From Octopus vulgaris (taxonomy: Eukaryota): a stretch of 64,000 bases of DNA. The stretch covers positions 97,836,001-97,900,000 of the forward strand of contig OX597818.1 in NCBI GenBank assembly GCA_951406725.2. The letters are read 5' to 3'. The notes beneath the pieces were generated by a model. That model made no database searches. It worked only from the letters and a program-made list of their open reading frames with translations, and was not told the DNA's origin. Positions 54,651-64,000 of the stretch are shown one piece after another (within the stretch, counting starts at the first letter, position 1; each line of letters begins with the position of its first letter). Made by a program: the position numbers and the translations under genes.

Positions 54651-55325
54651 TTTGATGAGAACTTTCAGAAAAATTTTCAGAAAAATTTTCAAAAATTTTG
54701 ATAAAACTTTTCGAAATATTTTAATGAAACTTTTGATGAAAATTTTCAAAAAACTTGTCAGAAATTTGGATGAAAATTTTCAAAAAACTTGTCAGAAATT
54801 TGGATGAAAATTTTCAAAAAACTTGTCAGAAATTTGGATGAAATTTTTCAAAGAACTTTCCAAAAATTTAATCAAAATTTTCAGAAAATTTTCAGAAATT
54901 TTGATCAAAATTTTCTTAAAACCTTTAAAAAATTTAGAAATTTTGATGAGAATTTTCAGAAAAATTTTGATCAAAATTTTCAAAAAACTTTTTCAAAAGT
55001 TTTGATGTAAATTCTCAAAAAACATTTCAAAAATTTTGATGAAAACTTTCAAATAAATTTTCAAAACTTTTGTATGAAAATTTGCAAAAAGCTTTCCAAA
55101 ATTTTGATTAAAATTTTCAGAGATTTTGACGAAAAATTTCAAAAGACTCTAAAGTTTTGATGATAAGTACCGGTTATCATCATAAGTAATGGAAGCTATC
55201 TAGACGTGGTCATTTCAAAATTTTCATCTAAATTTTGAAACGTCATTTGAAAATTTTCATCGAAATTTTAAAAAACTTTTTTGAAAATTTTCATAAAAAG
55301 TTTTGAAGAGTTTTTTGATAATTTT
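54645..55325. repeat. AT-rich phased aaaatttt satellite with fold-back organisation
   Basis: 3 x 34-bp gatgaaaattttcaaaaaacttgtcagaaatttg at about 54735-54840. Orientation flips after the hairpin tgatgataa-gtaccgg-ttatcatca (about 55158-55182). Confidence 0.8.
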
Positions 55326-56210
55326 GCTCGGTTGTTTTAGGATTTCTGGCTTTCGGACCGTCTCCTAGAATATTCCACACATTTTCAATAGGATTGAGAT
55401 CTGGGTTTTGAGCAGGCCAATCCATAACAATAACCTTTTCAGCCTTGAGGAAGTTCATGACCACCTTAGCCTTGTGACATGGGGCATTGTCCTGCATGAA
55501 TATGGGTGGTCGCTTAGTTGAATTTCTCAGCACAGGCAAGACATGATCTTTTACAAGTTGTTTATAAACTCCTGCTTTTACCTTTCCGTGTAATCGCACA
55601 AAAGGGCCCACACCATCTCCAGATATCATCCCCCAAACTATGATACTTCCTCCACCGAATTTAACACTAGTCTTAAGGCATTTAGGCGGCAATTTTTCAC
55701 CTACTTCTCGACAAACGTACCTTTTCCCATCTGAGTCAAATAACATAAACTTAGATTCATCACTGAAATGCACCGTTTGCCATTTTTCTTGAGACCACAA
55801 CACATGTTCGTTTGCAAAAGTAAGACGACATTTTTTATTCTTGGAGCTGATCAGTGGCTTCACTGCAGGTGCTCTTGCTTGTAGGTCATGTTCAACTAAA
55901 CGACGAGACACAGTTTTTCGAGATAAAGTTTTCTTCAGTACAATGCTCATTTCCCGAGAAACAGCAGCAGCGGTTTTAAATCTGTCCTTTTTAACCAACT
56001 TTACCATAGCACGATCTTCTCTCTTGGTCGTTTTTCTTGGCCTACCTGTAGACTTTCTTGCTTCACACGAGCCACAATCATCGTAGACCTTAAGAATACC
56101 GTGAACAACACTTTTTGACTTGTTAACAATGTTTGCAATAGACCCAATAAATTATCCTTCTTTCGAAGCTAAATAATCTGCTGACTAATTGGTAACGGAG
56201 TAAGTGGCAT
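55291..56210 (-). pseudogene. Tc1-like DD34E transposase (N-terminal stop and frameshift, C-terminus truncated)
   Basis: GRPRKTT, FSDESKF, FMQDNAPCH and WPAQNPDLNPIENVW, with 34 residues between the second D and E. Probable ATG at 56210 (MPLTPLPISQQII*). The last residues read into the satellite. Confidence 0.93.
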
Positions 56211-56551
56211 TATATTAACAAAGTGCCCTGCAGATATTCTTACTAATGTTTAGTAAACGAACCGTCACGTAAACAAATTCAAAACATTAGAGTTCGCCGG
56301 TTAAATATATTAAAACACGGAGTAAAAGCAACCGTTCTGATCATTTTGGCCGCCATGGGTTTTGCAGTACATCACTAAATCATCCATAACTTTTGTATTA
56401 TCCTCTCAAATTACACCAAAATCTCATATAATAACAATTAGTATTGTATTTATTGTCTGTGAAAATTATAGAATATAAAACAACTTTGATAAAAATTATA
56501 CCTACTTTTCTGACTAAAACAATGCCGTTCTGAACATTTTGGCTGCAACTG
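55325..56551 (-). mobile_element. Tc1-family transposon, 3'-truncated; IR/DR-type 5' terminus
   Basis: TA-flanked end cagttgcagccaaaatgttcagaacgg (56551-56525) with an inner direct repeat gcggccaaaatgatcagaacgg (56353-56332). Confidence 0.85.
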
Positions 56552-56961
56552 TATACATATATATATTTAAGTATAATTTATATTTATATTTAAGTATAAT
56601 TATAAAATTATAAAATTACAATTATCCTAATTATACTTAAATATAAATTAACCATTATGGTACAAATTAGTACGCTGGCTACTGATAAATCATTAAATGA
56701 TGACTTTATCCTAATTATGCATAAACATTATTCAAAGTATGTAGTATTATAGATTCATTTCAGCCGATTTTACCAACAGGGTTTCCCACAGGTTATTTAA
56801 TAATCAGGACAAAACAAATTTGAAAGATCGATTGAAATGGATCTACAATACTGTATACTTTGATTGATATACCAACTCTGTTGACAAATATACGAGTGCA
56901 TATAGTTCAAAAAGCATATTTATCAAGTCAAAAATAGGACTCCGGTATAAAATTATACAAT

Positions 56962-57352
56962 TTTTACTTCGCTTACTTGTTTCAGTCATTTGACTGCGGC
57001 CATGCTCGAGCACCGCCATTAGTCGGACAAATCGACCCCAGGACTTATTCTTTGTAAGCCTAGTACTTTTTCTATTGGTCTCTTTTGCCGAACCGCTAAG
57101 TTACGGGGACGTAAACATACCAGCATCGGTTGTCAAGCGATGTTGGGGGAGGGACAAACACAGACACACAAGCACACACACGCATATATATACATATATA
57201 TACGACGGGCTTCTTTCAGTTTCCGTCTACCAAATTCACTCACAAGGCCGAGGCTACAGAAGAAAACACTTGCCCAAGGTGCAACGCAATGGGACTGAAC
57301 CCGGAACCATGTGGTTTGTAACCAAGCTACTTAGCACACAGCCACTCCTGCA
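56962..57352 (-). mobile_element. SINE family A
   Basis: Family-A body on the minus strand. Confidence 0.85.
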
Positions 57353-57699
57353 TTCAAAAATTAAATAACTAACTAGCTAATTATCTATAACTAGCTAACA
57401 AATTATTAATTTTATTACTACTAAACCATTAAAAAAAAAACTCCATTAAAGTCCTCGAATCCAATCGAGTACCTGTAAAAAAAAAATAATAAAAGAGGGG
57501 GCAGATGGAGATATGAACCGAAAGTTTGGTACCAGCATTAGAGTGGGTCGACTCTTCACTACCGAGGACAATGAATGAGGGTGACCACTGATTAGTTTGC
57601 GGTTTCAAGCTGCGCATGCTGTGCTCGTCGAATTTATTTGGCATTCATGAGGTTATTGCATTGTTTACTCCGGCATTTCTATTGCATGTGTCAGTGGTT

Positions 57700-57777
<78 letters not shown>

Positions 57778-57996
57778 TACACATTTATTTACACGCGCAC
57801 ATACGCGCGCACAAACAGACACGCACGCACGCACGCACACGCTCTCTCTCTCTCACACACACACATATATTGTATATTTGAGTGTGCATATATACATACA
57901 TTTATGCAAGTATATATATATATACATACACACACACATATATATATATATCCATATATGTATATATATATCTATATCTATATCTATATCTATATG

Positions 57997-58031
<35 letters not shown>

Positions 58032-58125
58032 CTGTATGTATACACACAGACATATATATATATATATATATATATACATACATATATATGCAGGTATATG
58101 TATATATGGTATATATGTATACCTA

Positions 58126-58200
<75 letters not shown>

Positions 58201-58312
58201 GTACGTACGTACATACGTATGTATGTGTGTATCTATCTATCTATTTATCTATGTTTGTATGTGTGAATGTGCTTGTATACACTCATGTATAAATGTATAT
58301 ACACACATAAAC

Positions 58313-58364
<52 letters not shown>

Positions 58365-59538
58365 ATATATAATGTTTATATGTGTGTGTATGTGTGTGTA
58401 TGTGTTGTATGTGTTGTGTGTGTGTATGTGTTGTGTGTGTTTTGTGTGTGTATTTGTGTGTGTCTTGGGTGGTGTTGGAGGGACTCTTAAGTATAATTGT
58501 ATTAATCCCTAAGGAGATGCATAACAGATTTTATTTTGTTCTATCGTTATTATACAATATCGATATGCAGGTATAATAAATATATAAACAAGTAATAAAA
58601 AAGTTTTTAAAAAACGGCAATGAAACGAAAGTAGCGAATAAAGGAGAACAAGAGAATGTACATGTGTAAATGACTGAGAGAGAGAGAGAGAGGTGAAAAT
58701 AAAAAATAATAATAGTAAAGATGAGAGGGTGAGAAAGCGACAGAAGGAGTGAAAGGCAAAATAGGAGGGAGAGCTGGAGACGGTGAAAGACTGAGAGAGG
58801 AGGTGAAAGGGAAAGGAAGGTAAAAGGATTAAAGCGGTAACATTTCATCATATAAAGTCACCATATGGTTAGGGGTTGCGATGTTGTTGAAGAGAGGATT
58901 CTTTCATAGCACCCCTCCCACTCTCATCTAAAGCACTTACTCCCACTCCTACTCCTACTCCCATTCCCCACTCTCACTCTTACTCTCATGTATTCATTTA
59001 CTCCCACTCACTCTTTTTTGCTTACTCTGACCCAGGAGCTCTGTTTCTTCTTTCTCTCCTTTTTCTCCGTAACTCCTTGTCTCTCTCTCTATCTCTCTGT
59101 ATTTGTCTATCTTTCTCTCACAGTCTTTCCCCTCTCTCTTTAATCACTCTCTGTCTCTCTCTTTCTCTCTCAGCCGATCTCCGCTCTTGTTTCATTCTCC
59201 CAACCAGCGTGTTTTGCTGGTTATAAAGCCATCTGTCATGGAATGAGTGCTGTCACCCGCAGCCATATTGTAAACGATGTTCACTCCGTTTCAACGTTCC
59301 TGGTGTGAATGTCTAACTTGTGTCCGTCATTAGCAAATTTTTTTTCTTCCTGTACAATGTAACAGCCGAGGATGGTGAAGACGGTAGTGGTGAAGGTGGT
59401 AGTGAATACGGCGGCGGCGGCGGCGGTGGTAGTGATGGTGTTAGTAGTGGAAGAAGTGGTAGGGCCGCTGGTCGTTCTTGATGCCGTCGACGTTGCTCTT
59501 GTTTTGCTATTGTGGTGATGGCAGCGGAGGCGATGACT

Positions 59539-59585
<47 letters not shown>

Positions 59586-60115
59586 GGTGGTGGTGGTTCA
59601 TGATATTGTCGATGTTGATCATATGTCTACTGAGGCAATTATTGTGGGGACGGTGGAGAGGATGATAGAAGTTTTTTTTTTTTTTTTTTTTTGGTGCTGT
59701 TGATGTTACCTGCCCCTCCTGCATCTTCATGTTGTTGCTGTTATCGTGGCGATAGTAATCTGGTGTTTACTGGTGTTGCTGGTGGTACTGGTTCTCATTG
59801 ATGCTATTGGTGTTGTCTTTACTTTTATTTCGCTTGTCGTTGTTGTTGTTGTTGTTGTTGCTGCTCCTGTTGTTGTTGCTGTAGCAGCGGTGAAGTGGTT
59901 GGTGGCGACGTAAAGAGAATCCGGTTGGAATTCGACTGAAAGTGGGAGACATTTGTCGGTTTGGTTTGTGGTGTGGTGCAACGTTGGGATGGTGGTGGGG
60001 CTTGGGCGTCTGATCAGGTAGGGCTTTCTTGAAGGGCTTCATCGCCTCCATCATAATAAATAACAACAAATATTTAAGTAGATTTTTTCCTATTCTTCTT
60101 TTCCTTATTAGCTCT

Positions 60116-60147
<32 letters not shown>

Positions 60148-60329
60148 TTCCTTCGTTTCTTCCACTTCGTAAGAACTCAATTACATTCATTACATTTCTT
60201 TCTCTATTTCTTTCTTTAATTTTTTTTTGTATAACCTCAGCAAAACGAATCGACAAGACAGGACTCACAATAGCCCGACACATAACTAGTGTTTGCTCAT
60301 TTCCCCCATCTGCAAATAGGTACCATTTC

Positions 60330-60466
60330 CCTGTGTGGTAAGAAGCTTGCTTCCCAACCACATGGTTCCGGATTCAGCCCTACTGCATAGCACCCTAGTC
60401 TTCTACTACAGCCTCGGGCCGAACAAAGCGTTGTGTGTGGATTTAGTAGACTGAAAGAAGCATGTC

Positions 60467-60550
<84 letters not shown>

Positions 60551-60770
60551 ATATGGATATGTTTGTGTGTCTGTGTTTGTCCCACCACCATTGCTTGGCA
60601 TTCGTTGTTAGTGGGTTTACGTACCCGTAATTTAGTGGTTCGGTAAAAGAAATCGATAGAATAAGTACTAGGCTTACAAAGAGTAAGTCTTGGGGTTGAT
60701 TTGTTCGACTAAAGGCGGTGCTCCAGCATGGCCGCAGTCAAATGACTGAAACAAGTAAAAGAAATAAAAA
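60330..60770 (+). mobile_element. SINE family A
   Basis: ctgtgtggtaagaagcttgc...tgactgaaacaagtaaaaga. An inverted diverged partial copy follows at about 60855-61080. Confidence 0.8.
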
Positions 60771-61254
60771 AATATATGTATGTATGTATGCATGTGTCTA
60801 TATATATATATATATATATTTGTGTGTGTATGTATGTATATATATATGTATATATATTCTTTTATTCTTTTACTAGCTTCAGTCATTAGGCCTCGTTCAT
60901 GCTGGGGCATCATCTTGAACTATTTTTTGTCGAACGAATTAACGCCAGTACTTAATTTTAAAGGCTGATACTTATTCTATCGATCTCTTTCGCCGACCAG
61001 CTAAGTTACAGAGACATCAACACATCATCAACAGTTTTCAAGTGGTGGTGGTGGTGGTGGTGGGCCAAACACAGACCACACACGCACATACTGACTACTG
61101 TTGTCCTACTACCGTCGACTTCACCGTATCCTTGAAACGGGGTAGTAAGCACTGAGGCGTTGCTAGCACTTGCACAAGGAGCCACCCTAATCTATGGACA
61201 GAAGCGGCGACTTCCCCACCCCCTTTGCAGCCTGCAACCGTACCGTAATATACA

Positions 61255-61338
<84 letters not shown>

Positions 61339-61537
61339 TTAATTCAAGTAATGAGAGAGAGTCCACATGTGGTCACTCTAACGCTAGATATAGATGCACG
61401 AAGAGAATCCACCACTAAAGAAATGTTCTCAAGAATTAATTCAACGCGCCAAGAATGTAAGCGAGCAGGACAAATGAAAAATAACGAAAACATAGATTAA
61501 CTCTATACAATTGTTTCACCGTTAATAAATTGTGTAA

Positions 61538-61831
61538 TTTCGGGGTCGATAAGTTATGTAATCGACTTAATCTCTTTGTCTGTCCTTGTTTGTCCCCTCT
61601 ATGTTTAGCCCCTTGTGAGCAATAAAGAAATAATAAACGTTACGTTCTGAGTTCAAATTCCACCGAGGTCGACTTTGCCTTTCATCCTTTCTAGGTCGAT
61701 TAAATAAGTCACGCACTGGGGTCGATATAATCGACTTAATTCGTTTGTCTGTCCTGGTTTGTCCTCTCTGTGTTTAACCCCTTGTAGGTAGTAAAGAAAT
61801 AGGTATTTCGTCTGCCGCTACGTTTTGAGTT
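61538..61831 (+). mobile_element. SINE family B multimer fragment
   Basis: Repeated ggggtcgat...aatcgacttaat...gtccttgtttgtc segments. Confidence 0.75.
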
Positions 61832-61954
61832 GGTGATGCTTCCAGGTTAGAGTCCACACTGCAGCACTTTGGGATAAGTATTTTCTACTAATATCTTATA
61901 AGTGGAATTGAATATTCGGAAACTGAATAGCTGGAAACTGTGCGGATGCCGGTC

Positions 61955-62004
<50 letters not shown>

Positions 62005-62005
62005 T

Positions 62006-62053
<48 letters not shown>

Positions 62054-62222
62054 GGATAAGAGGAAAAAATCTATCAGAAAAGAACTCTATCTCTCTTAAA
62101 AAAATTATCTTTTGATAAGTATAACAAATGCGCAACCGGTAAAAAGAACTTTCACCTAATTAAATTACTTAAATTATTTTGTCAGCATTTTCTTCATTTC
62201 CTTTTTTATATATATATATATG

Positions 62223-62275
<53 letters not shown>

Positions 62276-62281
62276 GATCGG

Positions 62282-62325
<44 letters not shown>

Positions 62326-62470
62326 CGCAGGAGTGGCTGTGTGGTAAGTAGCTTGCTTACCAACCACATGGTTCCGGTTTCAGTCCCACTGAAGTTTCTT
62401 CTACTATAGCCTCGGGCCGACCAAAGCCTTGTGAGTGGATTTGGTAGACGGAAACTGAAAGAAGCCCGTC

Positions 62471-62508
<38 letters not shown>

Positions 62509-62919
62509 AGGTTTGGAGATGATGTACAGGTATTATATATTAGAAGAAATGAAGTACTCAGAAGATCGGATGGTTTATATTTACAGATATTTATTTGTAT
62601 ATTACATTTTATATATATATCATATCACTTAGATCATTATCGCTTTCTCCCATTCTAGTGGGGTGTTCAAATCAAACTAAATTCCTGTGTGAGGAGTTTT
62701 GACTATTTTATAGAGTTTTTCCAACCCACTGCGCTGGGTTGGTATTTTCTATTGACTCGGAAAGGGTGGAAGGCAAAGTTAACCACGGCGCGATTTGAAC
62801 ACAGAACCCAAAGTTCCGGAACCAGTAGAGCAAAGCATTCTGTCTGGTGCTCTAATAATTTAGCATTAGACTAAAACTTTCGCCATGACACCAGAGACGA
62901 TGAAAGGCAAAAATTGATT

Positions 62920-63270
62920 TTATTTCTTTGTTATCCACAAAGGGTTAAACATAGAGGGGACAAACAAGGACAGTCAAAAAGGGATTAAGTCGATTACATC
63001 GACCCCAGTGCGTATCTGGTACTTAATTTATCGATCCCGAAACGATGAAAGGCAAAGTCGACCTCGGCGGAATTTGAACTCAGAACGAGACACACGGATT
63101 AAGTCGATTACATCGACCCCAGTGCGTGACGGGTACTTTATTTATCGATCCCGAAAGTGTGAAAGGCAAAGTCGACCTCGGCAGAATTTGAACTCAGAAC
63201 GTAGCGGCAGACAAAATACCGCTAAGAATTTCGCCCGGCGTGCTAATGTTTCTACCAGCTCGCCGCCTTT
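62920..63270 (-). mobile_element. SINE family B multimer
   Basis: Two gaaaggcaaagtcgacctcggc cores; ends gctcgccgcctt. Confidence 0.8.
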
Positions 63271-64000
63271 GTTGATCTTGGCATGATTTGAGCTCAGAAC
63301 ATGAAGTGCCTGAATAAATACTACAAGGAATTTTATCTGATACCCTGAAGCTTTTGCCAATTCGGCAGCACATTGCATTTTGCTATACAATTTTTATATT
63401 TCTGTGGCCTTTTCTTTACACCTTTCACTTTTCGCTTCTCACCGAAAGACCATATTCTCTATCCTATCCTATATCTTCTATTGCTTGTTTCTTCATTTCT
63501 ATCATCCTTTCTTTCGTTCTTTCTTACTTTCACTTTCTATAATTCTTTCCATTTCTTTCGCTTTCACGTTATTTTGTCATATTCTACTATACTTTTACAC
63601 ATAACAATACTGGAAAACAAGGAAACACCATGTAGCATATAAAAGCCACATTTTTGACACCATGGCATTCTCCCTCGCCCGGGACACTCCATTCTAAACA
63701 ATATCGTATGAAAACGATCATTAAATATTTTTATTATTATTTTTTCCCATTTTTAATTATTTTATTTATCTCTTTCTCCATTCTTATTGGGCGCGTCTTG
63801 TGACTGAGGTTACCTTAGTTAGCATGAAGCGGCGCCCTAACACAGCAAACCGGTTTTATGTCCCGTTGGACGTGTCAACGTATTTTATACAAGAAATTTA
63901 CGACCTACCAAAGTCGCCTGACATTTATCAACTACACACTCGGGTGTAAGCATTTGGACATATTTTGAAATTACTCGATGTACAATATGGAATCACTACT

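Overview
Eukaryotic, AT-rich, microsatellite-saturated non-coding DNA. The repeat landscape resembles an octopus/coleoid cephalopod genome (inference, not checked against a database). I can support no intact host protein-coding gene; almost every ORF in the supplied track is translated simple repeat or SINE. Recognisable content: an R4/Dong-type RT remnant (1-395), a decayed mariner, a truncated Tc1 (DD34E) transposase, a maT-like C-terminal remnant, two non-autonomous Helitrons, four tRNA-headed SINE families and RTE-like non-autonomous pieces. The most interesting layer is a set of short non-coding elements, mostly embedded in (TA)n tracts, that carry type-I hammerhead ribozyme (HHR) folds. 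These include a canonical core, CCGAUGA and CUGUNGA core variants and long-stem-II forms, often arranged as fold-back palindromes. There is also a near-perfect 4.3 x 844-bp array in (TA)n whose terminally redundant segment contains a SECIS-like or pseudoknot fold. These look like Penelope-like-element or retrozyme derivatives. Coordinates and pairings were read by eye and may be off by a few bases; no ribozyme activity is demonstrated.
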